Below are positions 8,162-16,068 of a stretch of DNA of 30,561 bases, piece after piece. The stretch is from IMG/VR virus record IMGVR_UViG_3300033562_001150, positions 1-30,561 of that record. One strand, given 5' to 3'. Every line of letters starts with the position of its first letter. The stretch's first letter is position 1. A program made the position numbers and the translations under genes. Source of the DNA: a virus. Taxonomy: Duplodnaviria > Caudoviricetes. The notes below the pieces were generated by a model, which saw only the letters and a program-made list of their open reading frames with translations, did no database searches and was not told where the DNA came from.

Positions 8162-8935
8162 AGTATTTTTCTTCCAAATTTTGGAATTAAAGCTCTCTTG
8201 AATGGATTAAATGTAGTTCATTATTCATTAGAAATGTCTGAAGACAGAATTGGTATGAGATATGATGCTATAGCGAGCAGTATCAGTGTTTCAAAGTTGA
8301 TTGGTAGTCCAGAAGAAATAAAAGAAAAATATGAAACATACAGAAAGATTACAAAGTCTAGATTAAAATTAAAAGAGTTCCCCACTTCAATGGCTTCTAT
8401 TATGGATATTGAGGCACACTTAGATAATTTGAAATTGTTGGATGATTTTGATCCAGATCTTATCATCATTGACTATGGTGATATTATGAAATCGACTAGA
8501 AGCACTAAAAATACATATGAAGAACAAGGTTGGATATTTAGAGAATTAAGAGGATTAGCAATAAAGAGAAATATAGCTATAATAACAGCAACTCAAACAA
8601 GAAGAGATGCATTGACAGCAGACGGTGGTACTTCTGATATGGTTGGTATGGATCAGGCTGCAGATTCTATGGAAAAAAATAGAATTCTAGACGTGCTATT
8701 CTCAATAACTCAGAGTAGAGCAGACAGAGATCAAGGAAGAATCAATCTATGGATTGCTAAGAATAGAAATGGAGCTTCAAATCAACAATTAGAATTCACA
8801 ATCAATTATAAAAATTTTCAAATTAAAGAAATTAATTTACTTGGGAAAAATCAATCATCAATAAATCCAAATGATATATCTAAAAAATTAGAAAATGAAT
8901 TATCTATGGAATTAGAAAATGAAGAAAACACTTAA
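7751..8935 (+). CDS. Split-intein C fragment fused to the replicative helicase C-terminal half
   Basis: TTG start with AAGGAG; intein ends GIHGHN|S; then helicase motifs YSLEMSE, IIIDYGD, ITATQTRR, KNRNG. Confidence 0.92.
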   Translation: MKIRAKVKIGDLIEALGCNDSGQEKIAPKTLKINTPDGYKKIQALRKTQLNPEWKINTLDFEAIVADKHKVETKNGTFSDNRYWKNTDELSIGEEIFTENGWQQIKEIQYLNKESYMYDFQVEDCHSYYANGIHGHNSIFLPNFGIKALLNGLNVVHYSLEMSEDRIGMRYDAIASSISVSKLIGSPEEIKEKYETYRKITKSRLKLKEFPTSMASIMDIEAHLDNLKLLDDFDPDLIIIDYGDIMKSTRSTKNTYEEQGWIFRELRGLAIKRNIAIITATQTRRDALTADGGTSDMVGMDQAADSMEKNRILDVLFSITQSRADRDQGRINLWIAKNRNGASNQQLEFTINYKNFQIKEINLLGKNQSSINPNDISKKLENELSMELENEENT

Positions 8936-9182
8936 TAAAATTGATTTTGTTATAGAAATTCTTTCTAAAATGGGAGAAAAAGAGCAATGTCATTTCTGTA
9001 AGTATAATATGAAAAACTACACGGAGTATGATGGAGAGGCATCTAAGTTTTTCACAGAAAAATGCATACATTGTATATATCATTATAAGACTTCTAAAAT
9101 TTTAGAAAGTACGCAGAAAAAAATATATGTGGTTAATAATTACAAGTCATTATATGAATGGGAAGAAGAGGAGAAAACATGA
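8919..9182 (+). CDS. Hypothetical Cys-rich protein
   Basis: CHFC and CIHC motifs; overlaps both neighbours. Confidence 0.65.
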   Translation: MKKTLNKIDFVIEILSKMGEKEQCHFCKYNMKNYTEYDGEASKFFTEKCIHCIYHYKTSKILESTQKKIYVVNNYKSLYEWEEEEKT

Positions 9183-9340
9183 AAGAGAAAGAAGAATCTA
9201 CAAAGATTTCTATTTCTAAACCACTGCATGACATTGTGAAATTAATATGCCTAGAAAATGGTCTGAAGATGCAGTTTTTAGAAGACAAAGCTATTAAAGA
9301 ATACATAGCAAGCCATTATCCACAACATAAAGTAGAATAA
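9179..9340 (+). CDS. Small ribbon-helix-helix-like DNA-binding protein
   Basis: Start re-called at ATG 9179 (GAGGAG upstream); TKISISKPLHDIVKLICLENG..M....DKAIKEYI fits a strand-helix-helix pattern. Confidence 0.6.
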   Translation: MKEKEESTKISISKPLHDIVKLICLENGLKMQFLEDKAIKEYIASHYPQHKVE

Positions 9341-9402
9341 AACATCTCTATACATTCTGTACATGATGAGGTTATGATGTCTATAAAGGAGATGTGAAAT
9401 CA

Positions 9403-10125
9403 ATGTCAGAAGAATTCGAAATAGTCAATCCAAATAATGACTTTACAATGGTTCAAAATTATGCGTTGCAACTTTGTGCCGAGAAGAAAATTACCCATAG
9501 CAATTACGTATTATATGCATTTTATTGCAGTATTTCTGGATTTAATCAGATAAAATGTGGATATGATTATATTCATCTTAATACAGGAATTTCTAAGGGT
9601 GCAATCTCTACAGGAAATGTTACTCTAGAAGAAGCTAGACTAATAAAAATCAAAAAGAATGGTGTAAATAAGTGTAATCAGATATATTTAACAGCTTCTT
9701 ACTCACTGCCAAGAAGAGAACTAAAGAAGATTGAAAGAGAAGAAGATACAAATATCGCCTTAGAATATAAAGAATTAGAAGCAGCCGCAAAGAATAAACA
9801 ATCAAAGAATATTAGTTTGACACCGACTCATCAGGAGTTTGTGAAGAAGTTTGAAAAAAAATGGTGTGATCAGACAAGAGCTTCTAAATATATGAAGAAT
9901 GATGCTAAAAAACTTCTAGAATTATCTGAAAAAGATGTTAAAGATGCGATGAAATATATTCCAGTATTATGGAGCTTAGATGATATAGACAAGTGGGTTA
10001 GAAAGTCTGATCATAGTATCGAGATCTTCATGAAAGAATACAAGTCTGGGAAACTTCAATCACATTACACCAAAACTATACACTATCATAAAGATAAACA
10101 GAAAATGGAGACCGAAAATGAATGA
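9403..10125 (+). CDS. Winged-HTH protein resembling phage replication initiators
   Basis: YVLY...GYDYIHLNTGISKGAISTG..TLEEARLIKI winged-helix pattern; start re-called at ATG 9403 from SD spacing. Confidence 0.65.
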   Translation: MSEEFEIVNPNNDFTMVQNYALQLCAEKKITHSNYVLYAFYCSISGFNQIKCGYDYIHLNTGISKGAISTGNVTLEEARLIKIKKNGVNKCNQIYLTASYSLPRRELKKIEREEDTNIALEYKELEAAAKNKQSKNISLTPTHQEFVKKFEKKWCDQTRASKYMKNDAKKLLELSEKDVKDAMKYIPVLWSLDDIDKWVRKSDHSIEIFMKEYKSGKLQSHYTKTIHYHKDKQKMETENE

Positions 10126-10324
10126 TCAATTTGATTCTACAGCGTCTATAACGTTAAAAGATAAAAATTCAGATTCTAAAGAAATCGATTTCAATATTAT
10201 ATCTGGACATAGAGATGAGATTACGATTGTGGTTAAAAACGACAAAGCAATCATGCCAATCACTCTGAGTAAAGAAGAGCTAAAGATTGCATTTCGTTTC
10301 ATTTTAGAGTCTAAGGAGGACTGA
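10118..10324 (+). CDS. Hypothetical protein
   Basis: ORF with GGAG SD, overlapping the upstream stop. Confidence 0.65.
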   Translation: MNDQFDSTASITLKDKNSDSKEIDFNIISGHRDEITIVVKNDKAIMPITLSKEELKIAFRFILESKED

Positions 10325-10328
10325 TATA

Positions 10329-10478
10329 ATGGAGACTATGAATGAACAAGTACGTAAAAAAATCGAAAAAATCGCAAGTCAATTGGGTGTAACTGTAGAA
10401 GATCTACTATGCATACACACACCTCAACAAATTATTGAGGAATACAACAAGGGCACTTTGAAGATGCTTAATGATTAA
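10329..10478 (+). CDS. Small HTH-like protein (49 aa, not in the ORF track)
   Basis: METMNEQVRKKIEKIASQLGVTVEDLLCIHTPQQIIEEYNKGTLKMLND; SD AAGGAGGA upstream; IASQLGVTVEDLL is HTH-like. Confidence 0.65.
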   Translation: METMNEQVRKKIEKIASQLGVTVEDLLCIHTPQQIIEEYNKGTLKMLND

Positions 10479-10537
10479 TTTTAGAGACTATTGGTGATAT
10501 GGTAATATAATAATATCAATTGACGCAAGGAGTGAAT

Positions 10538-10969
10538 ATGATCGAGGGAACCAGTGATCAGAAGAGTGTTCCTGTAGTACAGAATTCGAATTTAGTGGAT
10601 TCTATTCCTCAGGATGAGTTTGATATGAAGGAGAGAATATATTCATATCGATTCTATCTTATGTGCAAGCTTCGATTCAAGAATCAGGAGACTTTTGATA
10701 AAAGTCATGATATGTTTCTTAAAATCACAAGAGACACTCTAGCTAAGTATTACACCAATAACTCTTACATTGAAAAAATTATTTCTAAGATTGTAACCAA
10801 CGCGTATAATACAATTCCAGGAGAATTTTGGGGATTAATTGATAAGAAACTAGCTGTTCATGAGCAGAGTAAGCCTCTTCCGTTTCCTAGGATCAGCAAG
10901 GTGGGAACTCCTGATCCAATGATTGATTATAATCACTACAGCAAGAAAAACAAAAAGAAGAAAAAGTAA
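10538..10969 (+). CDS. Hypothetical protein with a basic C-terminal tail
   Basis: Start re-called at ATG 10538 (AAGGAG upstream); ends SKKNKKKKK. Confidence 0.7.
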   Translation: MIEGTSDQKSVPVVQNSNLVDSIPQDEFDMKERIYSYRFYLMCKLRFKNQETFDKSHDMFLKITRDTLAKYYTNNSYIEKIISKIVTNAYNTIPGEFWGLIDKKLAVHEQSKPLPFPRISKVGTPDPMIDYNHYSKKNKKKKK

Positions 10970-11000
10970 AAAAACACACAACACATAGGAGGACATTAAT

Positions 11001-11579
11001 TTGAATATTGATAAAGTCGCAATGGAAGCAGCATGGACGAATAGAAGTAATCCTACTGACTATAGAACTCTTTTAATGTATATTGATGAGATGGCAAAAT
11101 ACTTTGCATCAAGACTCAAAATTAATCAGAATGTTAGAGATGACATTCTTCAAGAAGTAAGAATCGCCGCAATCGGAGCAATAGAAAAGTATCAGGTTGC
11201 AAGAAAGTCTACAGTATTCTCATTCTTTTATAGAACAATCTATACAGCATGTATCTATTTTTTAAGAAAAGACTATCATAAGTCACTTAGATCTCTATCA
11301 ACATGCTCTTATGATGTTGTATCAAATGTGATAGGAGATGAAGGAGATTCAAATCCAAATGAACCTTCATATATGGATAGAGAAGATGCTATCATAGAAG
11401 TTTCTGGAATGGTTTTCAATAAAGAAGAGATACTTAAAGCTGCAGTAGAAGCTAAAAGACTTTATAGAAAAAAAGATATAAAATCATCTACTATTAAAGA
11501 TGATTTAGTTAGACTTTGTTATCAAAAACTTGAAGAGAAGAGCAGAAAAAGGAAGGGGAGACATCATCGTGACAGTTAA
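11001..11579 (+). CDS. Phage RNA polymerase sigma factor (sigma70 region 2, gp55-like size)
   Basis: RDDILQEVRIAAIGAIEKYQ..RKSTVFSFFYRTIY...FLRKD matches region 2; no clear region-4 HTH; TTG start with AGGAGG. Confidence 0.8.
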   Translation: MNIDKVAMEAAWTNRSNPTDYRTLLMYIDEMAKYFASRLKINQNVRDDILQEVRIAAIGAIEKYQVARKSTVFSFFYRTIYTACIYFLRKDYHKSLRSLSTCSYDVVSNVIGDEGDSNPNEPSYMDREDAIIEVSGMVFNKEEILKAAVEAKRLYRKKDIKSSTIKDDLVRLCYQKLEEKSRKRKGRHHRDS

Positions 11580-11811
11580 GAAGTTTAAATATTCAAAGTC
11601 AGATGCAGAAATAACAACTCGTGAAGCAATAGTGCTTCATGAAAATCCGGATTCTTCTTATATCGATGCTGTAGATCTTCATCATTTAGATGAAAAAGAA
11701 AAAGAAGATTTTTTAAAAATCTATAGTGAATACGAAGAAAAAATGAAACCCTTTATAAAGAAAGCATTTAGAAGATTTACAAAGACGAAAATTGAATATC
11801 TAAAGGAATAA
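11569..11811 (+). CDS. Hypothetical protein
   Basis: Start re-called at GTG 11569 after GGGGAG. Confidence 0.65.
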   Translation: MTVKKFKYSKSDAEITTREAIVLHENPDSSYIDAVDLHHLDEKEKEDFLKIYSEYEEKMKPFIKKAFRRFTKTKIEYLKE

Positions 11812-11814
11812 ATT

Positions 11815-11979
11815 ATGAATGATCATGTAAAAAACTCCTGGTGCAGAGGACCAGACTGTAAATATCACCCAAATCCAATAAAATTTTTGTTTTTGGCAAT
11901 TTATCGTTTGAATTTCTCTGAAAGAAGATGTTTAGGTTGTAAGAGATTTGTTCAAAAAGATTACTATAAGCAAAAATGA
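11815..11979 (+). CDS. Small Cys-rich protein (54 aa, not in the ORF track)
   Basis: MNDHVKNSWCRGPDCKYHP...RCLGCKRFVQKDYYKQK; fills the gap; ATGA overlap with the next gene. Confidence 0.6.
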   Translation: MNDHVKNSWCRGPDCKYHPNPIKFLFLAIYRLNFSERRCLGCKRFVQKDYYKQK

Positions 11980-13034
11980 AAAAAGTACATGTGATTGGTG
12001 GGGGAATAAGTGGATGTTCACTAGCTTATTTTTTATCTGACCGATTTGATGTGACTGTTTATGAGAAGTCCTCCCATCTGGGAGGACTTTGTCGTACTCA
12101 TGAGACCATAGAAAATATACCATATCAAAATGGTCTTCACACTCTTAAAAATCCAGAACAATGGATTTTAGATTTAATATCAACGTTTACTCCTCTAAAA
12201 GAAGTGTCAATAAAGTTTGGAATTAATCCATTTGTTGACTTCAATACATATGATTTTCCTCTTAAATTTGAAAATATCTCTTCAATCGCATGGCATTGGA
12301 TTGAAACAATTAAAATGGAATTAATTGCGACCAGAGAAGAATATACAGAAGAAATATTATCTGAATTTTTAATTAGAAATTATGGCAAAACAATATACTC
12401 GATTTTTTATGAGGGATATTATAATAAACTCTATGGACTTGATGCATCAGAAATATATTTTCAAAAAGAATTCAAATCAGATTTCAGATCTCTCAATGAT
12501 AAAACAAATGAAAAATATTTTTTCCCAGTAGATATTGGATGGAATAATTTATTTTTGTCATTTACTAGAAATTGCACAGTTAAATTAAATCAAGACATCA
12601 GACTGAGCGATGTGTCTTATGATGATATCATTATAAACACAGTGAGACCGGACCTATTTATTAAGAATGAAAGATTCTTAAATTATAGAAGTGCTGTATT
12701 TGATATAGACAGTTCTATATATAAAAAAGACTATTATGATGTTGTCTTATATCCAAATTATATGCCATTTATTTCAATGTCTCAATTTGGTAATCTTTTT
12801 CCGAAGTATGAGAAAAATATTATCATTAAAGAATATGTATCTGACTCTTATGAAGCGGAAGAAGCATATATTCCTTTAACAAGATCGAATATTTTCGAAT
12901 ATAATGTATTGATAGAAAAATATCAAAATATTATATTTGCTGGAAGATTTGGATCATATAAAAATCTATCAATGACTGACTGTATAAAACAATCGGCGTC
13001 TATAGCAGCAAAATTAAAAATGGACAATGCTTAA
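11976..13034 (+). CDS. UDP-galactopyranose mutase (Glf)-like FAD protein, divergent
   Basis: VIGGGISG, VYEK...LGG, GLH, LNYRS, IIKEY, FAGRFGSYKNLSM; the PWTR motif reads PFIS. Confidence 0.8.
   Translation: MKKVHVIGGGISGCSLAYFLSDRFDVTVYEKSSHLGGLCRTHETIENIPYQNGLHTLKNPEQWILDLISTFTPLKEVSIKFGINPFVDFNTYDFPLKFENISSIAWHWIETIKMELIATREEYTEEILSEFLIRNYGKTIYSIFYEGYYNKLYGLDASEIYFQKEFKSDFRSLNDKTNEKYFFPVDIGWNNLFLSFTRNCTVKLNQDIRLSDVSYDDIIINTVRPDLFIKNERFLNYRSAVFDIDSSIYKKDYYDVVLYPNYMPFISMSQFGNLFPKYEKNIIIKEYVSDSYEAEEAYIPLTRSNIFEYNVLIEKYQNIIFAGRFGSYKNLSMTDCIKQSASIAAKLKMDNA
12066..12089. repeat. Perfect 11-bp inverted repeat AAGTCCTCCCA-TC-TGGGAGGACTT
   Basis: Read directly; GC-rich stem inside the glf-like CDS. 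Confidence 0.8.
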
Positions 13035-13230
13035 AGGAGCAACTTTGATGGATGATGAAATAGAAAAAAGAATTAAAAAACACGAAGATGCTATAATAGC
13101 TCAATCTCAAATGATTTCATCTCTTAGATCATTTACTTCTTCTCTCCAGAGAGAAATTAAAATCTTACAAAGAAAAGTAAGAGACTTAGAGACAAAAGTG
13201 GCGTCTGTTAATGACAAGAGAAGAAATTGA
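13027..13230 (+). CDS. Small coiled-coil protein
   Basis: Heptad pattern; may start at ATG 13048 (AAGGAG upstream). Confidence 0.6.
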   Translation: MLKGATLMDDEIEKRIKKHEDAIIAQSQMISSLRSFTSSLQREIKILQRKVRDLETKVASVNDKRRN

Positions 13231-13420
13231 AAATAAGAAAGATTTAATAGTAGCCGATGCTATTATTAGTCTATTGGGTAAAAAGTGTTGTAATTGTGTT
13301 TTTGGATCTGAAAGTTCTAAAAAGTGTTGGTATAAATTCAATGGAGCTGCTCCCTCATATAGTGAGGTTCAGATAAATCAGTGTACATATTGGGAGTTTG
13401 AGGGATATAATGGAAGTTAA
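13211..13420 (+). CDS. Small Cys-rich paralog family member
   Basis: DAIISLLGKKCCNC...KCW...QCTYWE. Confidence 0.65.
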   Translation: MTREEIENKKDLIVADAIISLLGKKCCNCVFGSESSKKCWYKFNGAAPSYSEVQINQCTYWEFEGYNGS

Positions 13421-13952
13421 AACATACTTAGAAAGTATAGATATATTTAGTGAAATATATAAGGGAAGTAATTTTAAAGTATTAGCTCACTCAGTATATG
13501 ATAAATATATTTCTTCTGGAAAATCTGACCTTCCAGATAGAATACTGGGATATCCAATTAATTTTGCATATATTCCATCTTATCAAAAAGTAGTATGGGA
13601 GTTTAAAGAAGAATCTAGAGAAAAAGGTCGCTATAACTATTATCAAGCATTTAATAAAAAACTGATTCCAGATCGAGTTGAAAGATTTAATCCCTCTGTA
13701 GACTATAAAGTGTACACAGAATTTTTTTCGTTATTTAATAAAGTAGAGCTAGAAGATGTAAGAAAATTTCTATATATAAAATCAGTAGAATGGGAGAAAT
13801 TAAATGGGAAAAAGTTGAGTCACAGAAAATATGAGTGCCAAGAATCTTGGACTTCACAGGGTTTTATTGTTTATTTTGAAAGCGCAGTTAAAGTCGCTAT
13901 ACAATCTCTTTCCGGTTCTAATCATAGGTCTTTATATAGATCAAGGAGATAA
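13410..13952 (+). CDS. Hypothetical protein
   Basis: Start re-called at ATG 13410; no recognised motif. Confidence 0.65.
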   Translation: MEVKTYLESIDIFSEIYKGSNFKVLAHSVYDKYISSGKSDLPDRILGYPINFAYIPSYQKVVWEFKEESREKGRYNYYQAFNKKLIPDRVERFNPSVDYKVYTEFFSLFNKVELEDVRKFLYIKSVEWEKLNGKKLSHRKYECQESWTSQGFIVYFESAVKVAIQSLSGSNHRSLYRSRR

Positions 13953-13954
13953 AA

Positions 13955-14917
13955 ATGTCTGCAAGACTACCCAAATTGGTTTTTCTATCCGGTAGATCAA
14001 ATGTTCCACTCGCTACACAAATTGCAAATTCTGACGGGTTTAAAATTTCTAGTTCTACAATCAAAGATTTTGCAAACAAAGAATTATTTTGCAAGATTAA
14101 TGAATCTGTAAGAGGTGAAGATGTTTTCATATTACAGACATGTGGACCAAAAGATCCAAACACTGATTTGATGGAACTTCTACTTTTAGCACACACCGCT
14201 AAAAGAGCTTCTGCAAAGAGAGTCAGTGCCGTAATTCCATACATATATGGCAGTAGACAAGATAGAAAATCTCAACCACGTACTCCCATCACAATACAAC
14301 TAGTGGGAGATTTATTAAAAGCTGCAGGTGTAGACAGACTTATAACTGTGAGCATACATAATCATGCATCTGTAGCGGCATTTAGCTCTATTCTAGTAGA
14401 CAATATTTCTTCAATGAGTGTGTTCTTAGATGATTTGAAGCAACTTTATCAAGAGAAAAAATTCATGGTGTTCTCTCCAGATGCAGGTGGAGTTCCAAGA
14501 GCTAAAGCTTATGCTAGTAGATTCAATGCAGATCTTGGATTTGCATATAAGAGCAGATCAGAAGCTAATAAAATAAAAGACTTGGTAATTGTAGGAGATG
14601 TAAAAGACAGAAATCTTTTAATTGTAGATGATATCATTGATACTGGTGGCACTCATATTAAGTTTGCTGAACAAGCTATTAGAGCTGGAGCTAAAGAAGT
14701 ATATTTAGTGATCACTCATGCAGTTTTATCTAATGATGCAGCTCAGAAAATTCAAAATTCACAAATATCTAAAATTTATTGTACTGACTCTATAAGTCAC
14801 GACAATCTTCCAGATAAATTTATTGTAAAATCTCTTGGAGACTTACTAGGAGAAACAATCTCTAGAGCAAATGGAGATAAATCCTTTGAGGGACTGTATG
14901 AAAATGAGGACACATGA
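13955..14917 (+). CDS. prs: Ribose-phosphate pyrophosphokinase (PRPP synthetase)
   Basis: ESVRGEDVF, LMELL, PY..GSRQDRK, SPDAGGV.RA, IVDDIIDTGGT, THAVLS, TDSI. Confidence 0.95.
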   Translation: MSARLPKLVFLSGRSNVPLATQIANSDGFKISSSTIKDFANKELFCKINESVRGEDVFILQTCGPKDPNTDLMELLLLAHTAKRASAKRVSAVIPYIYGSRQDRKSQPRTPITIQLVGDLLKAAGVDRLITVSIHNHASVAAFSSILVDNISSMSVFLDDLKQLYQEKKFMVFSPDAGGVPRAKAYASRFNADLGFAYKSRSEANKIKDLVIVGDVKDRNLLIVDDIIDTGGTHIKFAEQAIRAGAKEVYLVITHAVLSNDAAQKIQNSQISKIYCTDSISHDNLPDKFIVKSLGDLLGETISRANGDKSFEGLYENEDT

Positions 14918-15144
14918 TATCTGATCAACAAACTATTTTAGATTATCTAGAGAAACAATATCCAGATCATGTGCTGTCTTACTCGAATAGTATGCTCACT
15001 ATAGATGGTAAAGTACTTCAACTGACAATGACAGATGAAGAGCTTGAGAGTGTGATGATATTGTCTCTAGAAAAAAATAAAGATAAAATTAAAGAATACT
15101 ATCAAAAAATTTTAGACGATAGGATAAGAGAGATATTGAAGTGA
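14914..15144 (+). CDS. Hypothetical protein
   Basis: ATGA-coupled ORF. Confidence 0.6.
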   Translation: MISDQQTILDYLEKQYPDHVLSYSNSMLTIDGKVLQLTMTDEELESVMILSLEKNKDKIKEYYQKILDDRIREILK

Positions 15145-15521
15145 AATTAGAAGATGTTGCTGTAAATCTGCTAGCTGATAGAAGATGTTCTAATTGTGGC
15201 AACTACTGTGGAACAGCAGAGACAGAAACATGTGAAAAATGGAAGTCAATTGAATATTACTTGCAACATCAGACAGCAATATTAAAGTCTATAAAGTCTA
15301 AGTCACTTAATATCTTAAACAATATTGACTTGAGTCAAGGAATGGATAAATTCATATGTGATGATTTAAAAAAAGATTTATTGAATATAGTTCCATTGAC
15401 TGTTGAAAAAAGTATAACTGTTGAGCCAAATTATAACACACAGTGTATAGATGTGACAATAAAGTTGAAAGAAAATCCTTTCGCTGAAATTACAGTTATA
15501 GACATAAAGGTAAAGAAATGA
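15141..15521 (+). CDS. Small Cys-rich paralog family member with C-terminal extension
   Basis: EDVAVNLLADRRCSNC...C...TCEKWK. Confidence 0.7.
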   Translation: MKLEDVAVNLLADRRCSNCGNYCGTAETETCEKWKSIEYYLQHQTAILKSIKSKSLNILNNIDLSQGMDKFICDDLKKDLLNIVPLTVEKSITVEPNYNTQCIDVTIKLKENPFAEITVIDIKVKK

Positions 15522-15832
15522 AAATACCAGATTCAGTACATAAAATTTATGTTTTAGGTCCCTCGGGAGTGGGAAAGTCGACATTTATTCAAAAACATTT
15601 TGCAAAAGAAATGTCTATGTTTGAAGGTTTAGTAATAGAATCTTCTGAGATGGTTATTCCGGAAAATGCTGCTAAAATATTTTTAGTTCTTCCAGATAGA
15701 GACACTATTGCTGAAAGAAGAAACACTTCATTAACAGATTCAAGTTCAGTTCATGAAGATTATTTTAGATGGTTAGATTTTTATAATAAAAATCAGAGTA
15801 AAATTTCTATGAAGTGGGTCAAGGTTTTTTGA
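15518..15832 (+). CDS. Small P-loop (NMP-kinase-like) protein
   Basis: IYVLGPSGVGKSTF Walker A; LVLP...IAERR lid-like segment; only 104 aa. Confidence 0.7.
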   Translation: MKIPDSVHKIYVLGPSGVGKSTFIQKHFAKEMSMFEGLVIESSEMVIPENAAKIFLVLPDRDTIAERRNTSLTDSSSVHEDYFRWLDFYNKNQSKISMKWVKVF

Positions 15833-16068
15833 GAACAGAAGATATTGCTAGAAAATTATTATTGGGAGAGACTTGCGAGAAGTGCAATCACTTCGTTGGG
15901 GAAAATAGAAATGATTGGTGGTCTCCTAGAACTACTAAAGATTGCAAGATATATAATAAAAATTTCACGTGTGAAGATTGGGAAAAAATTACTATAAGAA
16001 GAGTGATTTTTACTAAAAAAATAAATTCTATAGATCATATAGTATTGGAGTTCGAAAATGAAAATTAA
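15829..16068 (+). CDS. Small Cys-rich paralog family member
   Basis: EDIARKLLLGETCEKC...DC...TCEDWE; start re-called at TTG 15829 (TTGA overlap). Confidence 0.65.
   Translation: MRTEDIARKLLLGETCEKCNHFVGENRNDWWSPRTTKDCKIYNKNFTCEDWEKITIRRVIFTKKINSIDHIVLEFENEN

Noticed and set aside
10483-10511. Sigma70-type promoter around TATAAT at 10506
   Set aside because: No convincing -35 at 16-18 nt spacing and no TGn extension; TATAAT is common in DNA this AT-rich.
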